A stretch of DNA of 56,289 nucleotides, the filler included, from Catajapyx aquilonaris (lineage: Eukaryota), in assembly GCA_000934665.2 (NCBI GenBank). It is 4 parts of 4 records of this genome, joined end to end, with 100 filler letters (N's around TTAATTAATTAA, not from the genome) between each part and the next. Parts side by side here need not be neighbours in the genome. Positions count along the whole stretch, not along the records: positions 1 to 13,993 come from JYFJ02007918.1; positions 14,094 to 28,081 come from JYFJ02007919.1; 2 more parts are not named here. One strand, written 5' to 3'. The notes below the pieces were generated by a model, which ran no database searches, had not been told where the DNA came from, and saw only the letters and a list, made by a program, of their open reading frames with translations. How positions within the stretch are numbered: position 1 is the first letter of the stretch; every line of letters starts with the position of its first letter. The position numbers and the translations under genes were made by a program. This document shows positions 1 through 14,560 of the stretch, one piece after another.

Positions 1-3000
1 TGACGCCGCAATTGCAATGGCACCGTTGCAAAAGCGCCAGAGAGAGGAAGAGGAGGGGTGGGCAGGGTGGAGAGGGGGAGGGGGGGTGAAAATTGCAGAG
101 CAGTCTGCGCCTGACTGGTTCGCACCCGAAAAGTTTATGCCTTTTCTGAATGGCTCCCGAAATGGCTTGACAAATGAACGGATATGTCCGAATAACGCGG
201 GCATAATTTGTCGGCCGTTGGGAGGGGAGGGGGGGATTCAGCTTAACAGGGAGNGGGGGGGATTACGATCGCAATTCGGACCCCGCCTGCATTGTTGGGA
301 TATCCGGATCGAGACCTGCTCTATTTACCCGCATCCGGGAGAAAAAAAAGTGATGGAAAAAAACTCGCTGCTCTTTACTTCACGACGCGACACATTACAC
401 TCGTTTTTTTAAAAAACGCAACTGACTGCGCAACTAGATCGCGCAGCAGCAAGTCTTGGAAATACATGCTTTTTTACTTACACAGCAGGTCTTGGAATTA
501 CACCATTTTGTCTACACGGAGCGTAAAGATGACAATAAAATGACAAATTGCGGGGATATTGATCCCATGCTGTGGCTTTCATGTATAGGTATATCCGGAA
601 GTGATTGTCATGCATTCCTCCACCTGAGAGGTCGGGACCCGGCAACATCCCACCTCCTCGACTGTTGCCAACCAGGTGCGGCAGCGACATCCTTCATTAG
701 CTTTCAAATATCGTAACACATCATCAAATTCCTGGCGGTGTAATCCTCAGCCTCCCGGGAAGCGTGGAAAAGCGTTATTCCGGGGGATGCTGCTTGGAGA
801 TGCCTCTCGTAATATCAATACGACTCCCCCCATCCTCCGCCTGTCCCCCCCTCTTCCCTGGAGCATCTCTAGAGAGAGACGCTCGCAGCAACTCGGTTCG
901 ATTGTTGTCAATTTACATTTTGCCAATTACCGGCTCGTTTTAATGGAATTGGCGCTCCTCACAACTCGAGCGGGCGACAACATTCAAGGAGCCTTGTACA
1001 CGTCAGATGCGTGTGAGTCCCCTTGATTTAAATTGCCCTCCGGATGCCGTCAGGTGTGGACTATCCGCGAGGGGTCAAGGGTCAACTTCAATAGCAAGAC
1101 ACTATCGTAAATGCCAAAATACAGTCAGATTTTCTTCGTAATTTGCATTCATGCAACCGACTCAGGGCAGCTTCTCTGTATAATCAAGTTAGTGACTTTA
1201 AGGGGCTAATTAAGTAACTTGTAGAATTAATATACCATGTGTTTCATAAGGTCGCTCGAATCGTATGTTTATTTCTGTACTGGGCTATGCGACCTCAATG
1301 TCATGTTTTGAGCTGAAGCATGCATGCCGTTGAAAGGCGCGTTAATTTGGCTCTCCAGCGATGTGTGTAATCCACTGCCAAAACTGAAGCTGACGCGACA
1401 GGAGTGGGTGGAAATTATCGAAATTTTCACTGAAACTGATGCCTCATTTCTGAGACACGCGGTATAAAAGGCGGTTTAGCAGAAATCCCTCCGAATCTCT
1501 GGGAATCTCTGCCTGTTTTCCTTATCCACAGAAAATGAGTGGCGAGTCCTCCTCTCTCTCTCTCCCTTCACCTTCCTTCCTTGCTTCCTTCTCAGAAAAT
1601 CCGTCGTCATGGAAATGTCTTGCAGCGAAGGCAGTTTTGGATGAGCACACAAAGGGAACCTTTCCCCCCTTTCCTCCTCCCCAAGAAGAAGAAGAAGAAG
1701 AGAGAGAGAGAGCACCTCTGGGAGGTGGCAGAGAGAGTGTCTGAGGTGTTGTTTCTAGAGCCCATGGCAGCAGCCCATATTTCAGCCAAGGGAACCCTGA
1801 CAGCTTCATGTCTGCACCGCTGCTGTTGCTTACCTCTCTTCTCTTTCTTTCTTTGTCTGTGTGTGTCTCTCCCTCATCCCTGGACGAAATAAGTTGTGCA
1901 GCAGTCGGCAGGTGCTCATGCTCTATTTGTCTAATGCACAGCAAGCAGCAGCACTGGGCAAGTCCGCTACTTACTTCTTCCCTTAATATGGCGGCCAAAT
2001 GCAATTTGCAAGACTTTCTAAATGCACTCAAAAAGTTGTACCGCTACTTGAAACCCACTTAGGCATTGCTAGGCTCGTCTTAAAGCAATTTAAAAGCGCA
2101 GCCCAGGTCAAGAAGACGCTAGGGGACATGCCGTGGACTTAGCTTTTAAAGAAAAAAAAGTCGACTCGGTGGTTTTTTGACTTGTGCCTCGGCAGGGGAC
2201 ATTGAAAATATTAGGTCGAATTAACAGGGTTTGGTTCGAGTCTCATCTCTATAGACAGCTTGAGGCAGCAGTTGACTTTGACACCAGCAGGCTTTCTATG
2301 TCTGGTGTCCGGAGAAATGTGAAATATGGTGTCGGCGGAAGCGCCAGATTGAGTCGTTTTTCCTGAAACAAAGTGTGGTTCACAAGGCTCGTCGGCCTTT
2401 GATCTCTCTCGGCTCAGCCCTACCTGTGCCCCAACTCCCCGTGTGTGATAACGACTGCTCTGCAGCCCACCCTTTTATGCCCGGGATCTCCACCCAGGGG
2501 GGCACATCAGAGGAGCACACACACACACACACACAAAAAGAGTGAAGTGTATAGAGAGCAAGGCGACAGACGGCAAAGGAAAAAAGGATCGTCGCCCAGC
2601 ATAACTCGACACTCCCTGCTCCGACTTTTAACTTGAGCTTCTAAAGGCGGAGACGTCAAATATGCCAACGGGACCGAGAGACCTGATATTTACTTTTTTA
2701 TGGGTTAGTAGGACACTAGTCGGATAGAACTACAAGAAAGAAAGAAAAACGCGAAACCTGATCCTACTACGTGTAGGGCAATATCAAATTTTACCATCCA
2801 TCTTGCATGCACAATAGTTTCGGATATAAGAGTTAGGCGGGTCAACCTTGGCTCGACAAGAGTGTGATTGCGTTACTAGTATTGGCGCCTGGCACAGGCT
2901 CCCGGGGATCCAATTTGCACATCTCTTCGGCTCCTCATTCGGGACCTCTTAATTTCATTTTTACATGCAACAGTGGGTGGCCGACGGCTACGAACCCGAA

Positions 3001-4065
3001 CCGGAAAAAAAAAATCACTGGCGAAATACTAATGAGAAAAGTTGCTCGCAAATTTTTCGCCCATTAGTCCCCCTCCCCCTCCCCCTAAAAACGAAAAGTT
3101 TAGAACACACTGCACAGCGTTAAAATTTTCACGGCTGGGCGAGCCGATTCCTTTTTTTTGTCAAGGGAGGTTAAGCCTTATGCAACCTCTACACACATGT
3201 GAAGCGTGTCTAACCATCAAGGGTGAAGCAACCAATGTAATGAACTCGGCTAATCGAATCAATGGCCGCCAATCATTGGTTGCCATTCGCTCATTTTGAC
3301 CGGAAAAATAAAAGAAATTAAATAAAAATGTCGCGATAAATGTCAGGGTTGCCAGCAGGCGACTACTGATGGCATGAGACTCTGTCTAGAAGTTAAAATA
3401 CTGCTGAAGTTGAAAAGCAATTTTTGGTCTAAAATTGCACACATTCTTGTGCATGCCCTTTGTTGGCCCAGGGGCAACCATCCCCTCTGTCTCTCTTGGA
3501 GATTAAGTGTGGGTTCTCCAAAGGAAAAAAAGAAAGTATTTGTGACCTACCGTAGCAATTAATGATACACAAAAAGCTCCCGCGGAACAAGCAATAAATT
3601 TGAGTCGTATCTCCCGAGAAACTCTCGGGTCAGCCTGAAACAGGTATCTTGAAGATTGGGAACAAGTAGATTTACTGCCACTGGAAAGAAGAAGGAAAAA
3701 AAGTTAGCTTCCCCCAACCTCTGGCTCCATCGCCCAGGAAGGAACTTAAGTGTTGCACCAGACGGACGAGCCCAACTTAATTTCTACCCCTTTCGGGACC
3801 GATTCAAGGGGATAAGAAAAAGGAGTCAGGGAGAATCTAGTACAGTCAGATGCATGGTAGAATCAATGATCAACTGGATCAGTGTTTTTTTAAAGGTCTA
3901 TGATCTGGCCTAACCTAATCCACCAACATTGGTGGTGTCGCTGAGTATAAGGATTCCTGCTGTGAAACCTTTCTTTAGAGTCAGCAGCATCCGTCCTTCT
4001 TCAAAAGAGTCGTAGGCCCCTATAGTTTCAGCAGCTGAAACAGCAGCATCCCGAATAAACTAAAG

Positions 4066-4066
<1 letters not shown>

Positions 4067-4096
<30 letters not shown>
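4067..4096. repeat. (GCAA)n microsatellite
   Basis: About 7 consecutive GCAA units read directly. Confidence 0.9.
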
Positions 4097-4099
<3 letters not shown>

Positions 4100-7000
4100 T
4101 TTCGTTTCCGGCTTGGACGTGGGAAATGCAGCATGCAGATGTGTTGGTTTCCTGCAAGGTAAACACCACCAAAACCGTGCTCTGTTGGTTTGGCCAGCTC
4201 GCTTCTTTTTGACCCCAAAATGGGGAATCAACTGAAGGGCAAATAGGCGTCTCCTCTCGCTCGGTTGCTTCCTTTGAGCTGCTTGTCTGCTGGCTTGATG
4301 CCTTAGGGTCCCCAATCCGGGGGGTGTCTTGGTTGCCCCGGATACACCTTCCTCTTTAATGCGATCACCTTTTGTCAGGGACCCGGGGCCGCCCCTTCTG
4401 ATCAAACGCAACCTAGTCATCTCTCGGTTGGACGACACCACCTATTTATGCTTGCTGCTGCTGCTGCCTCGAGCCAATTCAGAAAATCGGCGAGGTAGAG
4501 AAATATTTTTACAAGTCAAATTAGCATCGAATTGGGAAGTTGATTTTTTGGAGGAACGCAACTTCCCTCCGTCTTTTTTTGGAGGGAAAAGAAACGTATT
4601 TTTCCGCTTCTTGGGAGTTTGGACCTTGTTTGGAATTCATCAAGCTCACGCATGACTGCGGAAAAGGAAAAAAGGGCTGGGCGAGTAGTTTCTCCGATGC
4701 AGAATAAACCTTCGTAATGGTACGAAAACAATGTCTTTTCGGGGGCCCATTTTTCCTCCTTCTCCGTCGTCTACTGAATTGAAGAAAAGTGCGTGCGATG
4801 AGCATTACTACATAGCGTCCTGCATCACAAGCATGGAAACCGAATCACCTGCGCTCTTTTATTTTTGCAGTATTTGCTTTTCCTGCAGGCCTGCGTGCTT
4901 CCCTTGTCTAAATTTACAACCAACCTATTTAATAATTGAAGCGCTTCCTTCAAGCGCAATAGAGACACACTGTCTCGCACACTGTGGCAAAGAAATACAG
5001 CCGCAATTTATGATTTACATCCAATATCGAGTTCTCATTGCAGGCATTCCAGACACCTTGCCCTGGATGCAACTGTAGAAATCGCATAACTAATGCATGG
5101 CATCCACCCGCTCATTCATGCCGAACCCCGAACTATCAGGGAATGCACTGTATGCATGCATGTCGTTATGAATAATTCCTGGCCTCCGTGATTAGCTCCG
5201 GCAGATAAAATAAAGAGCAGAGCTGCAGCGGTACAGTCCTTTTCACCTGAAAGTTATCCAAAGGAAAAGTTTGGAGGCAGTGAAGATGCTGGCTGCCATG
5301 GCCTCGGGCGTGGGAAGCGCGTCTGCCGAACTTTGATGAGAAGGTTGCTGGAAATTAATTCCGGTTCTGTACCAAAAGGTAGAGAGGCTTGATGGCGTGT
5401 GTGTAGAAAATGGAAAGGAGGTAGTTTGGTTAGCAGTCTGGTGCGGTGGGGTCTAAACAGGGGCATTTCTATGCGGCCCAGCGGCCCCATAAATAAGTCG
5501 TCCCCCCCCCTCTTCTCCTTACACACCCCCTTGAAGCCATTCCTTGCCGAGGCTGCTTCCTTCCTTCTCTCTCTCCAAAAGCTCATTCCCACATGCAACC
5601 CTCAAGATGAAGAGACTCGCTGGCCTCAAAGTCCGTTCCCCGATTCCTACCAGCCTGGAGCGTAAGTCACCCTCGACAAGAATGCGCCTCACCTGCACCC
5701 CACCCACCATTCCAAAATATCCAATTTGGACTGAGCTACTATAGCTACGATTGAATGACTGCTTCGACTGCATCTAGAAAAAAAACCGTCTTAGAACTCT
5801 CTTTTCTTGAGCCAAGCAAGGGTTCAATGGCTCCTTTTCTCACGCCCTTCTCATATTTTACCAAGGCCTGGATCCGCTTGGATGGACCCGGCCGATGGAT
5901 GCTTAATTAACTTGGCCAAACTTTGAACCCGCGGCGCAGACTCTCCCGGCGAATAGTTTGAAATCAGTTCAGAGCTCGGTTTTTGCAATATAGCCAAACG
6001 GCGATGGAAGTGTAGTAGGCTGTATCGCCCCCATACGTTCTCCTATAAATTCTGTCGCATTTCGCTTCATGCTGCAGAAATTCAGCATCACCTGATGAGA
6101 AAAGCCTTTCCCATTTCCTCCTGCAAGCTCTGGCACCACGCCCAACTTGTCACCCACGTGAATAGTTGCGGACTGTAGTTGCCACCGAGACGTTTTTTAA
6201 AGCGGCTGGATAACAGAAAAAAAGTAGGCGACAATATCCGCGCTAACACAAGTCGTATGAATAAAGCTGGCTTGCCTTTCTCCCCATGAAAAGCAAAATT
6301 GCCTCTTGCAGAGTTCGCCAACCACGCTTTTGCCGCAAATAGTTTAGCAATTGATACTCAGCGCTTTTCAGAGTTGTGGGCGGGCTGGTTATCCTATATA
6401 CAGGGTGGTACACTACCCAAGTCTCCAACAGAACAAAAGATTGTCTTATGAAGCGCGGGATAGAGTTGCTTGATAACTGGACCATCCTGTAGACTTGTGC
6501 GATGCAAATTTGGTCGTGGGGTGTAAGTGAGATTCGCACTTGTTTATGCATTGGCGTTTTGCGGGGGGGAGGCAAAGTGCGGTCCTTTTCAGAGACTCGT
6601 ACTACTCATTATGCCTGATGCATATTAGAGCAAGAGAGGGAGAGAGAGAAAGGTCGGGTTAACATCCTCTTAGACCTCATCTGATCCAGCAGCGTGGCCC
6701 GCCGAGCCAACCCGCAAGCAACCTATTGCCTTTGAAAGCCTGCTGCTTTGCTTCAGAAGGCATAATAATATAGCCGTGAGTCTATAGCTACATAGCCACG
6801 GTGGCTGGTTGAGGGAGGGAGGGTGAAGGCAAGCTAAACCGCCATCCTCTCTCTATATGCCTTCCCTATTCCTTCCTCTTGCCTCTCTCCGCGACTCGGC
6901 GGGTTCCACTCGTGGTCACCTCCGCTAATTCGGCTTTCACAACTACTTGTTCTCTCTGCGCCTTTGCAGGCCGCAACATCTCAACTATCGCCCTTTGTCA

Positions 7001-10000
7001 GCACACAGAGACTCCAAAATGTGCCATGAAAACAAGGCCTAGTGCACTTAAACCATTTAAAGGAAGGGGTCGGGGTTAACGTGACGGGGAATGACATTAG
7101 AAAATATTTATGATAAAAAAATGTACGCATTACAAGAGAACCATTTCAATACGAATTAGCTGTAAAAATGTCTCAAATCTGACGATGTCATAACAATGTT
7201 GAGGATATGTCGCTATAGAATGGCAAAAAAATCGATTTATGTTGTGCGGGATTCGATTATTCCCATCCCTATATAAGGCTTGATCTGCGTTCGGATCCTA
7301 CTTTTCTGACGCGTGTCAAGTTCTGTGGGCGTCATCAACTTTTGAACCGAGGAATCTGACAGATCAGGCGTTAATTCCAACGCTCGGGTGTGACAGCATC
7401 CCCCCAGCAAAAAGCAAAGTAATACAATATATGCTTAATTGAAACTGACGAATTAGGTGCGCTCCAGTCAATATGCATATGTCACATTTGCTTTATTTAA
7501 CGTAACATGTTGGTGCAGTAATTGGAAACAAATATACCGGGATTGCAACTAATGCGCCCCCTCCAACCCCCTCTGCCCCTGCCACCAACAAAATAACAAT
7601 GACATGTGAACAGCTGTACAACACGGCCGGTTGACACAGTTTCGGGTTAACACAGCACGACCCTTGCATGGTGTCGCATAATCCTGTATATGTGCGAACA
7701 CAACCAAATGACCAATGCGTCCGATGCTGGTGAAATTGCCACGATTTCCTCTGTGGCGACGTCACTCTTTTTGAGTTGCAAAAATCAGGAGCCAGCAGGA
7801 GAAGGGAGCCAAATGAGCCTCGCCACATGGGATAATAACTATAAGAGACGTATATAAAGGACCGGAAAACGAGCCACTTGTGGAAGGGGAGAGAGGTGTG
7901 AGGTCGCTAATCGCTCCGACACACAAAGTGGAGGACCCAATGCGACACTCGGCACCAGCACTTCTGCACATTGTAATGCAGATGTAGAGTGTCCCGCGGT
8001 GAAATATGGCCAAATTAAAAGCCGCAGCAGCAGCACACAGCCGGATGAATATACCTCCCTGCTTCCGTCCCTCCCAAAACTTTGCCTCCTTATTCCTCAG
8101 ACCTGTCCGCCTCTCCAGCAGATGCTGCAGTCTGGAGCCCTGGAGGAATAATATATCTCAGCAGGAGTGTTGTCGCAAAATCAGGTCGCACAATGAAAGA
8201 GAAAAAAACCATGCCAATCCTGCCACGACTCGTCAAACTTTATAACCCGGAGTGATTTTAGCGAGTCAACTCGTTGCATCCTAGTGCTGGGTTGCTATTC
8301 TGGCAGAGTGGTTTTTCTGCTGGCGGGTGATGTAAGCGTCGGTGGGTGTCGAGGTCGGCGATGAGCAAGTGATGGCCCATTTCCTCGGCTGGCCGCGGCC
8401 CTTTTCGTCATGGCCACCGCCTAGAAATATTGGGCCATTTTCTCCGGCCGCGCAATCCCCACCAAAGCATCTGGGGAATTCTCCTCTTTTATATAGAGCT
8501 AGAGAAGCTCCCCACCCAACTGTCCACCCAACCCAACAAAACCACATCCAAACTATACTAGCTGGCCAGAACCGCATCTCTCTCTCCCCCTCCTCTCTCT
8601 CTAGACCAAGATTTATCTCCTCTTCCCTCAGCCCCACCACTTATTTTTCTTCTTCTGACAAGTCGCCGGAGAGATTTACAAATGCCCACTCTTGCTTGCT
8701 CCTCTCGCTTCGTTTCGTTTTCTCTCTCTCTCTCTCTCCCAGCAACCTCATACACTCCACCAAATCCGACTCAGCTCGGACCAACAACTCTATTCCCCCC
8801 TTTTTGCGCCTCTCAACTCTGCCTATCCGGCCCACAATGCATACAAAGAAGTACGTGTGCTTCAACCTGAAAACTAATGGCGTGTGCCAAAAATCTCGTG
8901 GCCCCTCTTTTGTCACTGCTACTTCCAAAAATAGCTGCGATGGTCTCCAGTAACAGTGATTGGTAGCAGGCTAGGACCTAGAGGGTCACGTTTTTACTCC
9001 TAAAAAAGAGGGGGTCTGAAATGAGCGTATTCAGCATTAATCGGATTCATTTGTCTCCGGCTGAAAAGGGGGGTGGAGGGGCGTAAAAGTTGCAATGGTG
9101 GAACAATGCCATTGATTGACATTATTTCAATGCCGAGTGCATTTCAGAATCGTGCAATTACTCCAAATGGGGAGTCTGACAACATTGCAAGGGCACCGAT
9201 GGCGTCATTTACCAGCACAGAGTGACGTGCATCACTCTGTCATGGAAAATGCGAAATTCGTCATTCGACTCACCGTGAAGGAACTTTTTCTCATCAAAAA
9301 AAGTTTGGTTTAATAATAAGAAATAACGGCATTGTGACTCTCACACAAACAGTCGAGAATTCATCTTGAATTGTCCCACATTCCCTCCCACCTTTTCTTT
9401 TGGAAAACAACCCCAGCCGAGAGTCTCATTGCAAACAATAAGGCCAGAGAGTGCAGAGCTACACGTCCGTATCCTCCATATAAAAATCGCACTCTACTGC
9501 AGCAAAATAGTGTTGGTTCCAAGGGGCTGGAAAGAAATAAGAAAAAAAAAGTATAGGATGAGGACTTTTTTCCCCCCACAGCCTTTTTCCACTTCCAAGG
9601 GACCTTCCTTTCCCGGCACACGAGTTGAAACCCAAGCAAGTGCTGGGGCCTCCCTTTCCCTCCCTCCAAATGCGATTTTCTCGTCGCAGCTTCCCGAGGA
9701 AAAGATGTGGAAAAGGGAGGAGGAATTTAGTGTGACACAATAGGTGGGGAGAGCCACAAGTAATCGCCCAGACACACTTTTCTGCTGGGGGGAGGATGGC
9801 TCCTATACACACAGCTGCACTTGTATTTTCGCTCCATAAAATTGCGAGGACTTTTTTTTTGTTTGACTGGCACATGAATCCAAACCCCCCGCCGTACCAG
9901 TACCAGGTGTGCCAGAAGAGAGTGTCAGCGGGTGTCGCTGGCAAGTTTGTCATTGGCTGGCAGCCCCTTGGGAGGCGGCCATTAATATGCATGGCTTTTT

Positions 10001-10939
10001 CCTTTGGCGGAACCCTGACCAGCAAGGCGCCCTGGCTATTTATTGTGCAGTTTCACCATCTGGTCCAAAAAAGGACCCGACCCCTACGACTCAATTGGTC
10101 TGATCTCTTCCGGGCCTCCCCTACTATTTCAAAATGAATATCCGGCATCAACACTGCCCCGGCCGCACCCCCCACCATAAATAAAAGGCCGGGCTCCCAA
10201 AAATTGAAATATTGGCCCACATGCAATGTTTCTGCCCCGACCGCCGCTGATTATTACGACCACGGCCATTATTTACGCTCCGGTGTCGCTGCATGTAAAT
10301 AAGTTTCTCATCAATTGCTTCGAGATACATTCCTTGTCGATAATTGTGGATGTATTTTGAGGAACAATGTTGGTCGCACGTCGTCTTTAAAACCGCAGGG
10401 ATCCTGCGAGCGAGAGGCGTAAAGTTGAAGCCGTGATCAATTTTGACCCACATCCTGAGGGCAAGGTAGCAGCATCCCATCTGCGTCATCGACTTAGGAG
10501 GTTGGCAACCGGCAGCATGGACCCTCTAATGTGGTTTCTCGAGGTCATTAAGGTCAACCGATGCACCCACCGTGTGTCTTTTTGCCTCCAAAAAAAAGTG
10601 CATTAGCAGCGCAGTGATGAAGGCAGGGCTCATTATGCCAATACAGGGCACCTTAATCATCCTCTATCGACCTCCTTAAAAAGAGCTCAGTGCCTTCCCA
10701 AAGTTCGGACAAATCCCACTACCTACTGCGATAACTGAGTGCGATAATGAGCTCGTATGTTTACCCTCGTGGCCCACACACTATCTGGTAAGACACACGA
10801 CCGCGTGAATTCCGGGCCAGGGTTGCGAATAATATGCTAGTGCCACTGGTGTGCTGGTAATGGCCCAATTTGGCGTGTTAATCCTTTGTTCTGCGTTGGC
10901 TCCTTGGCGCCCGCCGTTTATTCGCTGCGGGGCCTGTTG

Positions 10940-10941
<2 letters not shown>

Positions 10942-10985
<44 letters not shown>
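10942..10985. repeat. (GA)n microsatellite
   Basis: Uninterrupted AG dinucleotide run of ~44 bp. Confidence 0.95.
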
Positions 10986-10986
<1 letters not shown>

Positions 10987-13900
10987 AAAAGGGAGGGAAA
11001 GAAGCCAGGAAAAGCAGGAGACAGGTGGTGATGAATGAGCCTAATAGAGCCCATGTAGGAGCCCACCTGTTGCAGCCATCACCACCACCCAGACACCAAA
11101 AGGCAAAAGGCTGCTGTGGATACGTGGAGGAATATAGGGCTGTGGATGGGGGGTGAAGAGAGATCTTAGGACCAGTTGCTACAAAATCCGCTCCGTTTGT
11201 CACCTGTCGCTGTGTCTTTGAAGGAAAAAAATGTACCGGCTGCCTAGGAAAACCCCCCCAGCAGCCAAAATGTGGAAATGTGCCCTAATTTCTATCCACA
11301 TGATTTGTTGAGTTGAGAGGGCCCAGTGTAGCACCCTGTAGTGTTGTAAAGGGGTTGGAAGGGGCCAGTTTGTATGGGATCGATCCACGTATTCTGGCAG
11401 CGAAGCAGGAAAACTCGATTTTAAGAGCTTCAAAGGCGTGTTGCTAATGGTATTGGGCACACACAGCGCAGGAAAAGCCTCCCCTCACCATACCCTCGTA
11501 TACAACATCACTTTTCTCTCTCTGGCCATAGTCCTTCTAACGAAGCTGCAACCTGATTGGTTTTGTTATAGGTTCATGCTGGGGGTACATGGACATCCGG
11601 AGGGGGGGAAAAAAGGACGACCCCTGAAAATTTTTCTGGACCCTCATTAGCGACAGAGGAAGCCGCAACATAAGCCAATCTTAGTTAGCTTCGTTATTAG
11701 TTTAATCGCTATTGGGTTTTTTTTGTCCCACCTTGTGCTGATTGGCGAACGTGATTGTCATCCGTGACCCGCAATTAGAGTAATGCAGAAATTGATTCGA
11801 CTCATTTGCAAAACCTCCCGCAGGAGCAGGGCGTCTCTCGCGAAGAATTTATGTCCGGAAATAAACCAAATTTATTATTAGTCGTTTGAGTGCATGTAAA
11901 AGCGCAATTATCAAGTACAAAAATAGTCTGAGAAAGCTTCGGTTGTTGTCAAGAATAAATGGTAGGCATCTGGGTTATCCCCAAAGTGTTTGTATATGGC
12001 GGCAGGTTGTGCTTAAGCTTATCTGTCAGCGCATAAAGCCCTTTGGGACATGATTGCCACAAGCGCGGTGGCAAAGTGAACACTCCAAAATGCAGGCCCC
12101 GATTAAAAGAAAATCCCTTCTCCCTCCCCCCATCCCATCCCGTCATCATCAAGGGTCGGGGAGGGATTCTGGAGAAAGAGAACACTGCTGGAAATAGACT
12201 TTGAAGAAAAAGCCCTTCTCTCTAGCTGCTAATGGAAGTTTCTGCTGCTGTGTATACACACACACCAAGATGGAGCAAGGAGTGCCCCCCTTGCTTCTGG
12301 GATATTTCAACTCGGTCAAGGGGTGGCTAATCCAGACCCGCCCTTGATGCAGACCATCCACTTTTCAGGCCTCTAAAAAGCAGTTATTTGGGGGGCCACA
12401 AGGTTCAAATCGTGGCCACGTGAGTTTATTTTAGGCTCTGACCTCAATGCCACGGTAAAATCAAGTCATCTCCTACTTACAAAAAGTGGTGAAATTACGC
12501 AGAATAATTTCAGGGCGTGACAAAACTTCTCAAAGGACAACATTATCGAAAAATAATTCATCAAAATTACAGCTTACGACACTTCCATTGCCTCGGTGAC
12601 TGTTTGTTGTACCTAATGAGCTCGCAGTTTAAATTAAAACTTCGCGGCAACAACGCCTTGTTTTGAAGTGAAAAGAGCAAGGCTGAAGGGAAGCATACCT
12701 GCCAGGATATGCCTCGATGCAAAGAATCAAATGTGTACAGAAACGTTACAATTGTTGTCTCGCCATCGGTGGCGATATTGGGGCTTTATATCAGCTGGAT
12801 ATCGATATTTTTATACAGTTTACATGTTGTAATGAATAATACACCACAAACAGGCCGAATTATGAAACGTGATTGACACGACCCCTGTCATATTTACTAC
12901 AACATAATGTTTTGATATTGGTGGCCTGTTTGCATTATGGAGATGCCGTCAATATTATTAATAAATTAAAATTGCTCGTGTACAACCCCCTAACTTTATC
13001 AATAACTTGTTTAGGGCTGATAGTGATATTGTTGTCAAGCGTATACACACAGAGACCCCTTGCGCTGGACTTACTCCGGGTGGTAACCTGTTTACTCGCA
13101 CCATTTCAATTGCCACGATAGTCCCAACTGTCCAGAATGGTCGTGTAGATTTGGTAGTTATTACCAAATCAGTTTCAGGTTTAACACGCACTGTAATGGG
13201 AAACGCAACCCAAATGAATCGCCCCCTTTTTGTGCCAGCAACCAAAACCCTGGGTTTCAATGTTGGAAAGGAAAGGGTTGGCACCAATTTATGTCCCCAG
13301 ATAAGAAAATTTACGGGGAAGAGGGACCCTCGCACCCCTCCCTCCGTTTGAAAACTATTGTCATACATTAGTCCACCCCCACATTCCGGGCTAATCTTTC
13401 TTTGTCCCCCAACGCTCTTGAAACAAATTAGAGTGTTATCGCTCGATGCAAAAGGGGGGTTGCAGTTGTAGCAAAAGCGAAGCAACGCACCTTTCAGGTC
13501 TTCTCGCGTATACACCGACGAAAAAAGTATACACTCGGGTTTAAATGAGACACCGGGTTCAATATTTACCCCCATGGTTTTCGGTTGTGTGATATAATAA
13601 ACAATTAATAGCATTGGAAAACCGCAGATGTATCATAATAGCGGCAGTGATGCAACAAGCTGGAACATGGCCTGACTCTAATGATAACGTAATCGATGGT
13701 TCATATCTACTGACGGGAGTTTCCAACAGAAGGGACGCCAAAATGACAAAATAAAGTTTCGGCCAGGGTGACTGTCCGAAACTTTTTTCCCAATGTTCAT
13801 TAGGCTGAGACTCATACATAACCAGACTTGTAAGATTAAAAAATTGAAGATGGGATGTGCCTTGAAATCCACAAAAGAGTGGGTCTCATATTTTACCACC

Positions 13901-13993
13901 ACATAGTTCTTGAGTGGCGTGGGTCCTTTTGGGTCCCACCATTCTCATTCGCAGACTCAGACAGCAGATTTTTTTAACACCCTCTCCCCCCCC

Positions 13994-14093
13994 NNNNNNN
14001 NNNNNNNNNNNNNNNNNNNNNNNNNNNNNNNNNNNNNTTAATTAATTAANNNNNNNNNNNNNNNNNNNNNNNNNNNNNNNNNNNNNNNNNNNN
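13994..14093. other. Artificial scaffold spacer
   Basis: 44 N + TTAATTAATTAA (stops in all six frames) + 44 N; the same structure recurs at 28082 and 42208. Confidence 0.97.
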
Positions 14094-14327
14094 ATGGGGA
14101 GGCGACAGTTCCACCAAAGAGATGAGCACACGGCCAGTATGGAACAGCATAGGGAGTCAGTCACTCTGTATTATTTACTCTTGATAATATTCGGTTAGGG
14201 TTAATTTGAATTGATATCACATAACGCCTTAACTTTGTATGTAATTTTAGGAATTAATTAGAAGCTTATTAGCGGGATAGATAACGTGTAGGCTACAAAA
14301 CATCCACATCTTCCCAACCTGCGAGTG

Positions 14328-14560
14328 CAGTGGAGCCTCGATTATCCGAACACCGATCAACCGAAACCTCGGTTAACCGAAAGCGTTCGAGTCGGCAAAT
14401 TCAAATTTGCCGGCAGATTTAACGGCAAAAAAAACTAGTCTCAGCTCTGAAGCAAAAGAAAATACAGTACATGTATTGGACTTCTTTTCCTAAACTGTAG
14501 GCCTTTTAATGTATGCAGTGTACCGTATACTACTTTATGTAAGGTATAATTATGTACTTT
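14328..14560 (+). mobile_element. pogo/Tigger-like non-autonomous DNA transposon end (fragment)
   Basis: Begins CAGTGGAGCCTCGATTATCCGAAC, resembling Tigger/pogo TIRs; a second diverged copy lies at 17441-17636. No matching right TIR found. Confidence 0.55.

Noticed and set aside
7845..8500. TATA-like motifs (TATATAAAG at ~7851 plus; ~8495 minus)
   Set aside because: No associated exon or ORF; such motifs are expected by chance.
8342..8953. 203-aa ORF and overlapping ORFs
   Set aside because: Pro/Ser-rich product of CT-rich low-complexity DNA; no domain or splice support.
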